Shown: positions 1 to 13,540, counted from the first letter of the whole stretch. The stretch is 61,760 bases of DNA, filler included, from Choristocarpus tenellus KU-1152 (GCA_964200185.2; 10 parts of 10 records of this genome joined end to end with filler, not necessarily neighbours in it); one strand, 5' to 3'. The notes: a model not told the origin generated them from the letters alone. Translations and numbers: made by a program.

Positions 1-30
1 CGCCGACCCCCCCCCCAGATACTTTGACCC
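1..30. mobile_element. MITE family A terminus (others at 19972-20068, 38026-38107, 44336-44357, 48091-48114; minimal copy 60180-60222)
   Basis: C(n)AGATACTTTGACCC, the same TIR as 533-724; most of these copies sit at contig ends. Confidence 0.8.
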
Positions 31-532
31 TCAAAGTTACACCCAAGAAAAAGCCTCGTAGGTTGTTAAAACATAGGCTACTCATCTTTTGTGTACTTGA
101 TACGATACAGTATTACCGGTTCATACTGACTGTTGATTTGCACATCGGTACTGGTCGTTACTCACTTTTTCACCATTAGCACCTGATCATAGCATCATCA
201 ACTACTGTTAGAACATAATGGTGCATTGGAAGTATGGAACAGTAGGCATCTGTCAAACATACAAGGATAGTATGTGTCATATGAATGGTCCCATATAATC
301 GCTACACAAGAAAGCATGATTAATCCAATTTCTGGTTTCAACATAGATCTCATTTCAACACCTTCACAGTGGAAGTTTAGGGCGCCTTGCTAAGCAAGCA
401 AAGAGTTTCCTGAGCGAGGTGACCACCCATCCATGCAGGAGGGAATAGAGGAGGTGGGAGATATGACAGAATATGATCTGTTGAGTCTAGTTTGGTATAG
501 ACAAGTGTTCGTCACTGCAATGACTCTCTTAA

Positions 533-724
533 GGCTCAAAGTATCTGGGGGGGGGGGGGGGGGGGGGGGTCTAGACCAGGGTTTCCATTCGGGCCTTGAC
601 CAGGAAAAGTGTGCACTTACATAATCAATCCGACGCATGCAGCCACATCATCCAAAAATCGCGACATGGAAAAATGTACCTCGAATGGACAGCCGCTAAC
701 CCCCCACCCCAGATACTTTGAGTC
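533..724. mobile_element. MITE family A, complete copy (TIR GGCTCAAAGTATCT followed by a poly-G tract)
   Basis: Left end GGCTCAAAGTATCTG(n), right end CCCCAGATACTTTGAGTC; flanks TAA/TCA. The right arm matches the reverse complement of 38026-38107. Confidence 0.85.
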
Positions 725-1599
725 TCAAGACACATCATGCGTTTCAAGCAATATAGATACACTGGGCAGGCGGGATGCTTCCCTATCTCCTCGCCCACGT
801 TCGTAAGTTAGAAACATAGAAGTGTACACATCACATATAGTAGATAAAATCTTCAAGGGGACATTGTTATGTTGTTGCTTTGAGGTAGTACATATTAGGG
901 AGATGTCTTACAATTGACAACGCCTGTTGTATCATCGTCCAAAACAGTTTTGGTCTTGGTCCCCTCCCCTCACACATCTCCAAAAATGTCAGAGGTTGAA
1001 ATATACATGTATATGTTTTATGACAATAAGGGGACTGACAGATTCTTAGGATACGCCGCTAGCTCCTCGCCCATATTCTTAGGATCAAGCTAGGCTTGGA
1101 GCACTGTATGCAGTGTACACATTATTAGTTTGTAGTGCAAAACCTTTCAGGGGACATCGTTGCATCGTTTCCAAACAGCTATTTTTTTTACAGAGATGTC
1201 CTAGTATTGACAGCCAGTGTTGTATTTACAGTAATTAATAGTAGTCCTTGTGACATAGTTTTGGATATTCTTTGACGCATATGCAAAATGCCAGTGCATA
1301 ATAATAAATAGAAATTACTTAGAAATGCACAGTTTCTACTCTTTGTGATATGGTTTTCGATTTTCCCTGCGATATCCACAAAATATGAGAGAGGTACAGA
1401 AATATTAACATATATCTGGTGAAGGTATACATTCAAATGTCCATACCGCCACCGGTTTCTTTCACAGTCAACCAGTTCCGCCACTCCATCACTTATATAT
1501 TTACCTCATCCTCATCTTGGAGGGTCGGCAGTCACCCATGATGTTTGCTGTGAGCGAGGTACACGAATACTCAATAGGATACTTGCTCAACAGGAATAT

Positions 1600-2720
1600 C
1601 CACAACATGTTCCATCTCAGTGCATGTAATTCCGCAGACTGACAAGTATTGATACACCACCGTTCAGTTTACTCGAGTAGACCACTCCAGGATTGGGACA
1701 ACAGTGGCACCTCAATATTTGAAATCCAAAAAGGTGTAGAATCGAATCTTGACTGGACCCCGTTCCCGACTCCCTACAGCAAGAGGATAATACAGAGTTA
1801 GAGAGGGGTTCAGAAACAATCTCTAGATAAAATAATGCAAATATTGAGATCATAAGAAGTTTCCCGCTCTCTCAATTTTGTCAAATTTGAGATCATGTGT
1901 TACGACTATCTGCCCCAACGGTCCTCGATATTTGACAGAAGGGCGGAATTCTGTTGACAAACCTTGAAGAAATTGTCGTAATGTGAGTAGATGCAGGGAC
2001 GAAGCATACAAAAAGGATATATCTTTGAGGAATACCCAGGATAGAAAGGAAGAGGACATTTGTCGCAACAAGTGACCAAGCTCAAGCAAACTTCTTGGGA
2101 ACCCGAGAGTAACGGTAAAGGGCACGGAAACAACTACGCACTGACCCCCAAAATGCCACTTCGAAGAAGGCAACGAAGAAGGTTGGCAGCAGCTCAAAAG
2201 GGTGGGGGTGTATACCTTACAGGATTTTCTTGGTCCTCCTACACGAGGAAGATCAAAGACCCTATTCACCCTGATGACCAAAGGTGATTTTTTCCAACAC
2301 CTGAAAGGCGTCGACGATAAGAGAACCAGAATGGTTGCCTCTCAGAACATTCGTGACGAGTCTGGACGGCTGATCAGGGAGAAAATACCTATAAATGGAA
2401 GTTGCGTTGCAGGGGATATTTCACAGCGCTCCTTAGTACCAAGTCGGTTGATCTCAACCCTCATGGCACTGAAGCCCTCGATCAATAATCCACATCCATG
2501 ACTCTTCCTAATCCTACAACGATAGTGGAAGTGGCTAATGCACTCCAGGCAATGGCAAATGGGAAGACCATGGGTCCCCACAATCTTTGAGTTGGACCCC
2601 AAAGGCTTGACCTACAGAAATACGTGGAAATCATCCAGGGTTTCAATATATTGTGTTGGTTCTGTGGAACCAGGAAGTCGTACCACAGGTCTGGAAGACA
2701 CGGCCATCCCTGTTGCAATA
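1600..2720 (+). pseudogene. Degenerate RTE-like non-LTR retrotransposon fragment (endonuclease-RT linker up to the start of RT)
   Basis: Frameshifted peptides DFFQHLKG, IRDESGRLIREK, EVANALQAMANGKTMGP and LWNQEVVPQVWK are typical of the pre-RT region of LINEs; homologous to 48120-48950. Confidence 0.75.
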
Positions 2721-4070
2721 ACTAGTGCTATGCTTATGTTATGTGTGCTGATACAAGCATATAATGTTAAAACATCGGCTAATCAGTATATTTGTCTTGA
2801 TACGATACAGTATCATCAGTTCATGCTGAACGTTGATTTGTAAGTTGTACTGGTCGTTTTCTCCACTCACCTCATTAGATCATCATCGCGACATCATCAA
2901 TTACCTTTGGAACATCACAGTACATAGGAAGCATCAGAACAGTCGCTACCTATCACACATACAGGCATAATATGTGTCACAACAGCTCCCTCAAATGTTG
3001 ATTCAAGTTTATCTTCTTGTTTCTTCTTTGCTTTTCCGTATATTCTTCTTCTGACAAGAAGTAATCAGTTGTGTATCATGTGTTTATTACTGTTTTCTTG
3101 GCTTACATTGCCTCCTCATAAGACATCAAGATCTCTCTGCACTACGTGTACCTGATACAGACCGGGATGCAATATAATCAGAGATAAATCATCCTCAGAA
3201 ACCCTTCTCGGCCAAGGAGACAAGGCTCTATAGAGCATGCATTTCTTCATTTGAACGTCTCAATGAATGACCACACTTTCAGATCAACCATTACCTGATT
3301 GAGCTAATCATGTCGTCAGGTCTGTAGAACAAACTCACCGGTGCTTTGTTGCAATATGACACCCGTCGCCACAAGCTAGCCACAGCACAACCAAGCATGA
3401 CACATACGACGAACTCAGGTTTCAACATATATCACGGTATGTACGGTTAACTTTAGTTCGGTACAATACAGAGTAGTAACGTGCATAGCGGTATAAATAT
3501 TCAGTGTTTGACCATATGTCAGAAGTGGATGGCTAAGACAGGAGGCCATCGGATAATGAAAAAACAGTGTATGTTCACCAAGTAACCCACCAGCAAGTCG
3601 TGGTGACAAGGCTTTCCTGTTCAAGCCCATTCAATACGCTTAAGCACCATTCAAACATTCTCTAGCTAGAGGAGGCGCAGCTGGAGCTGGAGTGGCTTGG
3701 GTTGGTAACATTACTCAGAGCCTTAGACGGGTCTCCATACCAAACTCCTTCAGTTTTCTGACGACAACTATGCTGACAGGTTCACCGTGACGTGTGCTTT
3801 CTTGGGTGCGAAAGGTTAGTTGAAACCTGGGATTGAATAAATCGTGCTCTTGTACATTGGCAGGTTGGTTGTGGTGAAGGGGAGTCATAGTGCAATGAAG
3901 CACTGTTGATTTCACACTGATGAACCTAGTTTAATTCTTTGCACAGTGAGGGGTTATCTAGTACAGTGATGTAGGGTATTCCTTCGTACACTGAAAGAAA
4001 GAGATTCATGCTCTGTGTACAGGCTTGTCACCTTGAGAAGAAGGGTTTTGTGGATGTTTAAACTCAGAAT

Positions 4071-4338
4071 AAGCCCAAGACATCTAAGAGGGTAGGGCCA
4101 TGTCCGTTTGGGGTCCAAAATCCAATGTTGCGATTTTGATTCATTTTGGATATTGCGTTTGTTAGCAAGTGTCGATATCCTTGCTTCGGACACACTTTTT
4201 ATAGTCGTACTCCGAAATGTTTCGGAGTAGGTAACTGCATTCACACAGAAACCGAAAAAGAGCATAAAAAATCTGTGGGAAATCAAGCCCCAAACGGACA
4301 AACAGGGCGAAACTCCTACCTCTTAAATGCTTTGACCC
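4071..4338. mobile_element. MITE family B, variant B2 (partial sister copy at 44551-44725)
   Basis: Contains AGAGGGTAGGGCCATGTCCGTTTGGGG...GCCCCAAACGGACAAACAGGG; 3-bp duplication AAT/AAT. Confidence 0.8.
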
Positions 4339-4770
4339 AATATATTGCATCCAGTTGTGAGTCAGGTACACTCAGTGCAGAGTGAACTCGAGGTCTATGC
4401 AGGGGCAAGGCAGTCAGAGCAAAAAGAATAATCAAAATATGAGATACAACTGGTGGTTCTGATGTGAAGATCAAAAGACAAAGAAACAAACTTCAATCAA
4501 TTATATGGGGCAACTCATATGGCACATACTATGCTTGTATGTTTGGTAGATGTCAACTGTTCCATAATTTCTATCCACCATAGGGTTCTAGCAGTAATTG
4601 ATGTTCCTATGATGAGGTTGCAACACTCATCCCCAGCGTTGCTGATCCCTGCAAGTACACCAGAGGGTAGACTGAGCTTATGTTACAGTGCGTTCCATAG
4701 CTTACCTCCACGAGATATATAGCTCCAGTCCACAAGCCTACAGATGGCGCTGATGCACGTACAGAGCTTC

Positions 4771-6079
4771 TGATGCACAAGTCGTCAAGTATGCTGGATC
4801 TATCTCTTGGATTATTTCCTTCATAAGTATAAATATTATCATAAAAGGAACTGGCAACGATGTACTACCTGGGGGTATGATAATGACTAAATAATAAATA
4901 AATAGTCAAGAAGTACAAATATATCAAATCTAGGACTTTAAGGTCATAGTGGTGTTTATGAAACTGCCCTCAAGATATATCGCCTGTAACATGCCCCCCT
5001 AGCATGAAGCATAACTGCTTCAATGCAACGAACAGGCGATTGGACAAGGAAATGATGTCACTCTTTATCCTAGAATGAAAGTAGCAGAAATGAAATGAAT
5101 GTCGTTTCCAGGTCCTAACATATCAGTACGCAGCGTTGGGGATCTAGTGGAGGAAGAAGCTTGGGAGAAAAAACCCTTCCAACGTTTGCCCTGACAACAG
5201 ATATGCTAGCTCGGCACTCACACCTCACGGCACTCACTCTACAGTTGACTCAACCGTAAAAAGAAAACCTCCTACACCAGAGTCTCACACACACGTCAAA
5301 AGTAGGGTACTGTCTAAGAAGACTCCACCTCTTCTAAACTTATAAACAAAAGTACAGACACAAAACAATAGTAGCACTGAAATTGGGTACTGCCATAGAC
5401 TCTCCTCCTTTGGAACTAAAACATAGCAACTACAGGACACCAAGACAATGTCTCATGGTCACAAAAGAGATTAACCCTACGGTGCTTCCATGGAAAGGCT
5501 TAGCCCTCCCTAGGAACTATGAACATACAAAAAATACAAATGTCTTACAATAAAATAAATATATAGGGAGTGTCTGAGTAAGTCTCTCCCTCTTCACAAC
5601 TATCAACACAAATAAGTACAGACACAAAATCACAACAGCACTGAAATAAGATACTGCCATAGACTGTCCCTCTTCACAACTATATACACAAACTACAGAA
5701 CACCAAGATAATGTCTCACAGTCTTAAACAAAAATAAAGTCCTGCCATAGAAATGCTTGCCCACCCTAGGAACTAAGAGCACAAAAACAAAAACAAGTTT
5801 TTTTTTTCAATATAACAGAAAAATAGTGAGTGTCATAGCAAGACTCTCCAAGAATCCTGATGCACAAGTCGTCAAGTATGCTGGATCTCTCACTTGCATG
5901 ATTTCCTTCTTAAGTATCATCGATATCATCATATAAAAGGAACTGGGAACGATGTACCACCTGGGTGCATGATAATAACTACAAAATAAATGATCAAGAA
6001 GTACAAAAATGTATACTCTAGGACTTCAAGGTCATAATGGTGTTGATAAAACAACTATCAAGACATATCGACTGTAACA
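4771..6079 (-). mobile_element. Non-autonomous TRIM-like LTR element; LTRs at 4771-4991 and 5858-6079
   Basis: Two ~221-bp direct repeats with TG...CA ends (TGATGCAC...TGTAACA). A purine run AGGGGGG precedes the downstream LTR on the minus strand. The interior is non-coding with a ~260-bp tandem duplication. Confidence 0.8.
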
Positions 6080-6381
6080 CTTATTCTGCTAGGTGTACGT
6101 AGACGACATGGACATCACTGACTGCAACTCCAGTCTCAAGGATCAGCTTGCTGATGCTCCGACCAAGAACTTACCACACGTATGCTCCGAAGACCTTTAA
6201 TCTCGACCTCTTACCACCCCACAGAAAATCGACTCTTAGCCAAGTGTTCCTTTGTATTGCACTAGAGTTGATTTATTTTCCGCTCACGATGCATATCGCG
6301 ATTACTTTCACCACCAAAGTCTTTCATTCGAAGGACCGTGTCTCAACTGTGGGGGAAAAGGACACCTGTAGTATGTTTATC

Positions 6382-6637
6382 GAATGAAAGTATCTTAGAG
6401 GGTACGAGTATTGCCCTGTTTGTCAATTTCAGGCTTGACTTCCCACATTTTTTTCATGACATTTTCCTGCTGAAAAATGTTTAGGAGTAGGTAAAATGTT
6501 TATGTTATGAAAGGGTGTCCAAAACATAGATATTTACACTCCCTAACAGACACGATAACCAAAATTACATCAAAATCGCAACATTGGATTTTGACCCCCA
6601 AATGGATGCGGCTCTACCATCTAAGATACTCTAACTC
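6382..6637. mobile_element. MITE family B copy
   Basis: TIRs GAATGAAAGTATCTTAGAGGGTA / TACCATCTAAGATACTCTAACTC around a ~255-bp conserved body. Confidence 0.9.
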
Positions 6638-7265
6638 TGTCGTTAGGGGAGGGTGACCCCGTCTAGACAGATGGAGGTATTGGCTGTCCAGGGTTGGAAC
6701 TAGAAAAGAAAAATAAAGGAGGAAGGAGTGTTACAGGCGAATATCGCGAGCATTTCTTCTTGTGTTGTAGAAAGCGCGAGCAGTATACGAGATTAGTAGC
6801 ACGTAAGTAGCCTTACAGAATAAATGCTGATTTCTTAGAAGATGCAGAGCAAGTTTCGTAACGCATACGTAACGTTACAGAAGAAAAGTCAAAATTCCTA
6901 GAAGTTCCAGAGTAAAGGTGTATGATTGGAGTATGTATACAGCAGTGTGCAGATGTCTTTTAGCCTATAGTCTACAGAAATCGGGTGGATGATGAAAATA
7001 ATGAAAGCTTGTGGATACAACCCATTACCCCTCGTTCAGTTCTTTGATCTTGAGTGAAACATTAAGTCCAGCTTTAAGCTAAGCACTGAGTGAAACATCG
7101 AGAGAACCTCTGACACCCAAGAAACTGGAACCAAGGGCAACGCTCCCATAGCGTCGTTTTTAAGGTCATTGGATTTGAGTTGCACATCCTGTGGAGGTGA
7201 CTTCTGGAGCGTGTTGAAACAGGAGATTCAAGGATACATCGAGTGCTGAAGCCGATCGCAATAAG

Positions 7266-7500
7266 GTGATATTGTCTGGATTAGATAGATGGTGCTTTGA
7301 TTCGGGGGCATACAACAGAGTGACTAATGACCAGACTAACATGTATAACTATAGACCGTGTCCTGAAGGCCGCAAAATGACAGTGGCCGATGGTAAATCC
7401 TCACCTATCAAGGGATATGATATGCTCGACCTTAACTTCAAAGTAGGCCATGATGAGCGGGTACATGTTACTCGTGTACAAATCCTACCCTGTTACAATT
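7266..7500 (+). pseudogene. Ty1/copia aspartic protease fragment
   Basis: WCFDSGAYNRVT...MYNYRPC...VADGKSSPIKGYDMLDL matches the copia W-x-x-DSGA protease region. Confidence 0.8.
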
Positions 7501-8119
7501 TGATAGGAAAACAAATTGTGTAGAAATGGTAAGTTACTACTACTACTGTAATTGCATACAGTGTTTTCTTCACTTGTTGTTCTGTGGATAGTACTAAAAA
7601 TGATATATCCCCTTCCTAAATGAAGACACGGTGGAAGTTCCAGTAGTGTGCCGGGTAACATGATATCTCTATTGTGTTAGGTTGGTGTCCCTTAAAACCT
7701 ATTCAATTTGAAAACATGTACCCGTATACCGTGCCGTGTATCGGTGATCATTGTTCGCATTTTGGGTATTGGTACCATCGATCCAGTGTAAAAAACGTGT
7801 ACAAACATTTGTAGGTACGACTCATGCTCTGCGAATGAATTACAAATATTTGTCGTACCACTCACAGGTCTGTAAAATATGTACTACCTCTGTGCCATAA
7901 GTCTGTGCCGCGAAAAATCTGGGCTCGCTGAGCGAGAATGGTGCCGAATCGGACGATAAACCCACAGAATGAAATCGGGTTGACAATCTCAGCTTTCAGA
8001 AAAGGTGGGGGTTGAGGATCATCAGGGACAAACTCGAGGTCCTTCAAGCCGTCAAAGTAGGGATCTTTTCGGGTGATGTTGAGACCAGAACTGGGCACGT
8101 CAAGGGTCAGAACGTCGGC

Positions 8120-9053
8120 ATGGGAACCCCCCCGGCGACCCCCCCTCGTAGGAAGGGTGCCCAAGCGTCGCTGAATATGAGGGTTGCACTTACAGTGCAG
8201 CACACCCTCGCGGTGGTCCCTGATGAGCATATATTGCCACAACACGTTGGCCCGGCCCTTACAGCAGAGTTTGGAGTGTCCAAGAGTTACATGTGAGGGG
8301 TCTGGGAGGATGTCGTTGATTAGCTCACCCGTGACTACACGCTTGACCTAGGGGTGGCAGCACATAGTGAGCGACCTTCGGAGCTCACACCGGCCAAGAT
8401 GGGCGCAATACATATTATCAACCCCGATAATCGGTCACCCACAGTGCATCAGGTGACAATGAAGATGGGCGCCAAGGGGCTGAATTATAGCACGAACACC
8501 ATAAACAGGTGGTTGGATTATATGGGGGCCATGCCGAATCGCAGCTGGATCAAACCCAAGCTTAAACCGTGGCAAACGGTATGGAGAATGAACTCTGTTT
8601 GCAATCAAGTAGGCCGGAAACGTGGTGTGTATGCCTTCATGGCGAACATGATCCATGTGGTATGTGGAGGAAACTTGGTTTTACATGATGACTGATGGGG
8701 AAAGGGTTAGGATATTTCTGCATGACGATGATAGCAATCTTCCAGAGTCCCCTACTGTGAGGCACAAGAGTCATATCCCCAGAACCATGATCATTGCAGC
8801 CAACGCCCGCCCAGCTTCGACTCACAGCTTTGATGAAAAACTTGGTATTTGGCGTGTGTGTGCACCAAAACGGCATACAGGACAAGCAAGAACCATAAAA
8901 AGGAGGATGTGTATGAGCAGGACTGTATTTTGGACCATTTGTTCCACAAGAAGTGGTACATGGAGGAGTTACTGCCTGCAATCAAGACCAAGATGTCTTG
9001 GTTGCAGGGGAAGCATGTTGTCGTTCAGCAAGACGGTGCCACCCTCCACACGG
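8120..9053 (+). pseudogene. Tc1/mariner-superfamily (plant-mariner DD39D-like) transposase, frameshifted and cut by the contig end
   Basis: HTH-like AEFGVSKSY; MIHV/VEETWFYM (degenerate VDEKWF); PTVRHKSHIPRTM..ANARP..FDEKLGIW; ELLPAIKTKM..VVVQQDGATLH, spread over three frames. Confidence 0.88.
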
Positions 9054-9779
9054 NNNNNNNNNNNNNNNNNNNNNNNNNNNNNNNNNNNNNNNNNNNNTTA
9101 ATTAATTAANNNNNNNNNNNNNNNNNNNNNNNNNNNNNNNNNNNNNNNNNNNNCCGGGAGGGGCGAGAGAATTTTAGTGGAGGGTTAGTTAGTTAAAAAA
9201 TGTGGGGGGGGGGGGGGGGGGGGGGGAATGAATGATTGCTCAATACGGTACAAGAGTGAGAACGAGTTTGTGGATGAATAGGAGACTACTACTGTGGGGA
9301 GGAAGTAGAACGTAGATATCATTCATGTTCAACGCTCCTAGGAATTGTATTCCACAAAATGTATTTTAGGTAAAGAGAGGGGTAGGTCCCCATTGTATTG
9401 AACTTCTGCAGTATTGGCAAGTGAGCCAAGGTATCCTAGAGTGGGGTGCCGTTATCGTTAAGGGGTCTCTTTGGCTGTTGTCTGGTTTTGTATTGTCACT
9501 ACACCCTCCAATCTATCAACAAAACGTCCATCCACAGGGTCTTTCCGTCTACATCCACAGAGTCTTGATGACAACTACCTGCATTTGAGTCATGAAAGTT
9601 GAGTGTCAGGGTATCACATCTACAAGCCCCTAGGCAATAAAGCCGCCAAAACCCAACCCCCTCTAGGATGCTCTGATGCAAGTCAAAGTAGGAAAAGAAC
9701 AACCTGAAAAAAAGATTGGTCAGAGTAGCTTAGCTTACGTTGAATAAATCTCTTTCGTCTGGCCTCAAGATGTGATATT

Positions 9780-10037
9780 GGGTGAAAATACCTTAGAGGG
9801 TACGAGTTTTGCCCTGTTTGTCCATTTGGGGCTTGGCTTCCCATGTTTTTTTAATGGCATTTTTCTCCCCCGAAATGTTGTGGATTAAGTAAAATGTATA
9901 CGTTACAAAAAGGTATGTCCGGAACAAGGATAATGACATTTCCTAACAAACACAATAGCCAAAATTACATCAGAATCGTAACATTGGATTTTGGCCCCCA
10001 AATGGACGCGACTGTACCCTTTAAGATACTTTGCGTA
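9780..10037. mobile_element. MITE family B copy
   Basis: Family B body and TIRs; flanks ATT/ATT. Confidence 0.9.
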
Positions 10038-10482
10038 ATTAGTCTATCCAAACTGTTTCTGATGATAGATATAAGGACTTCACCGCATCTATTTTTTTGT
10101 AAGCCATGCTCTCCTTGGGTTGGGATATAGTCCATGAGGGGTAAATGATCGTAGTATGTCTATATGGATTGATTAGGAGGCTTTGCAAAGTGCTTCATGG
10201 CATGGAACTGTCACAGATATAAATGTTGACATGACCGCTGCAGGAGGTTCTTGAAATTACTCTCTCACAGCGCTAGTTTTGCCTCCTGGAGGTGAACTAC
10301 CAATTGGGATCTCGAAGGAAATTGAGTGAACAACAGTATTTGGTTTCTAGAAAAAAATTATCGAAGTGATTTGGGTTAGAGTGCAGGGGGGGGAGGGGAA
10401 AGTGGTGCGACCCATCCTCTCCTGCAGACAAGATGCAGATACAAATGCCAGAAGAAGAAGCAGCACTTCCACACACCCTTAC

Positions 10483-12526
10483 CTTGCGTTCTTGATCTGT
10501 GTGTGCAGATCTCCACCATCACAATACTCCATGACAATGCACAGATGGTCGTTCCGAGATGTGAGGAAGGAGTCCATGTAACTGACAATATTAGGATGAT
10601 GCAACCGCTTCATCAGCTCTACCTTCACCCACAAGAAGGTGTTGCCCACATGTTTGTGGAGGAAGGCGTGTTCAGGCATTGATAAGGCAAGGTTCAAAGA
10701 CGGATCGAATGTACAGAGAGTGAAATTATCTTATTAAGAAAGGGTACGAGATTTGCCCTGTTTGTCCATTCGGGGCTTGGCTTCCCATGGGTTTTTTATG
10801 ACATCTTCCTACTCCTAAATGTTGAGGGTTAGGGTAAAGTGTATACGTTGTGAAAAGGTGTGTCCGAAACGTAGATATTGACAGTTCCTAACAAACACGA
10901 TAGCTAAAATTACATCAAATTGCAACATTGGATTTTGACCCCCAAATGGGCGCGGCTCTACCCTCTAAGATAATTTGGCTCAGAGTAGGTAGTCTATTGT
11001 GATGTTTAAATGTGCTGAGCCGTTGTGCTTCAGGCAGGGAGGAAGGACTATCGCAACCATGAAAATGTGGAACAAGGGGATAACAATTTCTCAAACCGAT
11101 TTGAAGGGCCTGTATCTACGCAATGGGAGGACTATGTGTTTATTATGCAGTCTGGGGTTTTTGCCTTCAAGGATTCTCATCAACGGAAAGAGCTACCTAC
11201 CAACAGGCAGAATGTGATAGAACTTCTGAGAGGAGACTATTGCACCATTTCAATATGACAATGGCTTTCAAGTAGTTACTTTGGCTGGATGTCTTGCATG
11301 ACGCTTCCATATCCTTGGCAGCATACATGTCAAATTGGTAGTAAGCGGCACCTACGAACCTAGTCCAATCCCGTCCTTTTTTGTAAGTTCTCACAATAAT
11401 ATTCAACCCCGTCCCCCCCGAATCCAGTCTTCAAGGTCATCAACGTCGTATATTTGAAGGACTTACGAACTGTGTGCTTGTATATAGATAGAAGTGCACC
11501 ATTAAGAAACACGCTTAAAGGGAACTATCCTTTAGAAAATGAGATGGGGAAGGACAAAGCTTCAGAGAACAAAGAGAGTATTGCATTCATATGGAAGCCT
11601 CTAACAATAAGGGGGGCAAGGTGTACATGTCCATCATATGTGCTATTGATATGGGCGGCACAGGTATTGCTGTTCCTGTTTTTTCTCCTTCAGTGCTTAC
11701 TGTTGTGGATGAGAATAATTCTGAAGACACTATTACTGTGCAGTCAACCAAATCCAGACGTCTCAGGATATAAGAATGTATACACCCTGAGCTTACGGTG
11801 CACCTGGCTAATACATATATTGACCCTAACTAAAAAAGGTTGTGCTTTCTGAGGTAACACAAACCTCCCTTTCTTGTGCTATAGGTCGTTTCCCTGCAAA
11901 GCGATTGTGTTGGATACCTCTTAGCTCCAATTGACAAAATTCTTGGAGGATGTGAGTTGGATCGAGCCAGCATTCTCGAGGTCCTTCTTCCTCCTCTCAT
12001 CCTTTCCCCACTTAGAATATTGATATCGTAACACTTTGCGTCTATCTGTACACGCAAGCCTCCCTATGGAAACCTGGAAATTAGTTTAGAAACATCCCCT
12101 ACTTCAATCTCGGAGAATCGTTTTCATTATTGGGCAAGCGCATGCCTTCCTTTCCTCCAAACACCTACGCTGCTCTCGCTTTCTCTGACATATATGTGGT
12201 TTGGGACACCTTGACCACGTCAAGCTTGCAAGTACGGTACCTAAACATGCTCCAATGTTGACCAATAAGTTGAGCACCTTACCCTTGACCCCGTAAACAG
12301 CAATGTCCAATACCCTGGGGTGCGCAATCAGTTGAACGGCGTGGACAAGCAATACTTTGGTGCACCCTCATACCTCGGTGCGGCATGCCTCCCTCTCCTT
12401 GCGCTGTAGGTTCTTGATCTTGATTATCTTGGTACACACCAATCTCCGCTCCTCTTTCTGCCGCATCAGGTAGACTTTCCCAAAAGATCCCTCGCCTAGC
12501 ACCTTCAGGCGTTCGTAGCGGTCCAT
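10483..12526 (-). CDS. NIMA-related (NEK) Ser/Thr kinase, 5' part; exons 12526-12374 and 10622-10483, later exons not identified
   Basis: MDRYERLKVLGEGSFGKVYL...KIIKI...E|VELMKRLHHPNIVSYMDSF...LCIVMEYCDGGDL with a phase-0 GT-AG junction. Confidence 0.92.
10718..10981. mobile_element. MITE family B copy inside the NEK intron
   Basis: Family B body and TIRs; flanks AGA/AGA. Confidence 0.9.
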
Positions 12527-13236
12527 TGTAGGTGGCACCTTCTTCACAGGTGCCCACACTCTGAGATGCCTGTTAGTGGTGAGGTTTGCACCGAATCCAC
12601 ATGCACTTCTTGGAGAGTCCCCGGATTTGTTCTTCTTTACACAGCTTTAAGAGATTTGCAGATGCTTCAAATGGAGTTAGCACCGTGCAACCTGAAATGA
12701 TGGTGCGATGCAAGACGAGGCATTACTCGACTTTTTCGTCGATTGTTCGTCAAGAATCATGTAGCGGAGTAACGGTTAGCGAGGAACGCACGAATTGGTT
12801 GTTGATGCGAACCTCCGCGTGCAATCGCCGAGAGTTTCCAACACAAACAAATCCAATAATATAAAATAATGGTGGATGTGGTGTTGATGTATGATCGGCA
12901 ATAGTGTTGTGAATCATTTATACTTACGAGTAGTTCGATAAATTCTATGTAGTTGATTATGATCGAAATCTACACGAAGTACATGTCCCTCACACTTCGC
13001 CAGCGTAGCCGTACATACACTAAATATTAACCTAAATTACCCTTCAAATTACGGCTTCGATAATAATATTCATGATATTTTCGATCGATTGGTACCGATT
13101 TACAACACTTAATAAGACTATCTTTGTTTTGCTCACGAATTCTGGATTATTATTATTTTATTCTACGTTAGTATTCCAACCTATTCCCTTTTCTCCCCAC
13201 ATTCTAACAACCCTTGTGACCAATCAGTGCGACCTC

Positions 13237-13540
13237 TTCGCCACTGATTTCCAGCCACCATCCACCTCTTATGATCAACCAGGGCGAACCCCTTTCGCCA
13301 CTGATTTCCAGTCACCCCCATCTGATGACCAACCAGGGCGAACCCCCCTTCGCCCCTGATTTCCAGTCACCCCCACATCTGATGACCAACTAGGGCAACC
13401 CCTTTTGCCACTGATTTCCAGTCACCCCTATCAACCCTATTCAACCCTATTCAACCCCACTCAACCCCACCCCACTTACCATTCCAGTCAACCCCACCCC
13501 AGTTACCACTCTAGTCAACCCCACCCCACCTACCACTCCA
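13237..13540 (+). repeat. Compound minisatellite: ~55-bp unit x ~3.5 (13237-13428), then a 27-bp unit x3 (about 13461-13540)
   Basis: Repeated TTCGCCACTGATTTCCAGTCACCCC..TGATGACCAACCAGGGCGAACCCC, then TCAACCCCACCCCA(C/G)TTACCA(T/C)TC(C/T)AG. Confidence 0.9.

Larger units (their letters stand above)
88..2980 (+). repeat. Diverged ~200-bp direct repeat pair (about 88-280 and 2791-2980)
   Basis: Both copies contain CTTGATACGATACAGTAT...GTTGATTTG...GTACTGGTCGTT...CATCATCAA...ACATACA...TATGTGTCA. Confidence 0.75.

Noticed and set aside
9054-9153. Recurrent TTAATTAATTAA palindrome
   Set aside because: Artificial contig linker; ORFs running into it (ending XXX-LIN) are artefacts
9499-9703. Possible third NEK exon after a TTTTTCAG acceptor
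   Set aside because: The in-phase translation lacks the expected kinase subdomain VI (HRD) sequence
11591-11773. IICAIDMG and VVDENNS resemble RuvC (TnpB/Fanzor) motifs
   Set aside because: Only 60 aa, the motifs are far too close together, and there is no zinc finger, third acidic motif or flanking element ends
12904-13109. 13-bp imperfect inverted repeat AGTGTTGTGAATC / GATTTACAACACT
   Set aside because: Short, with no TSD and no second copy in the window
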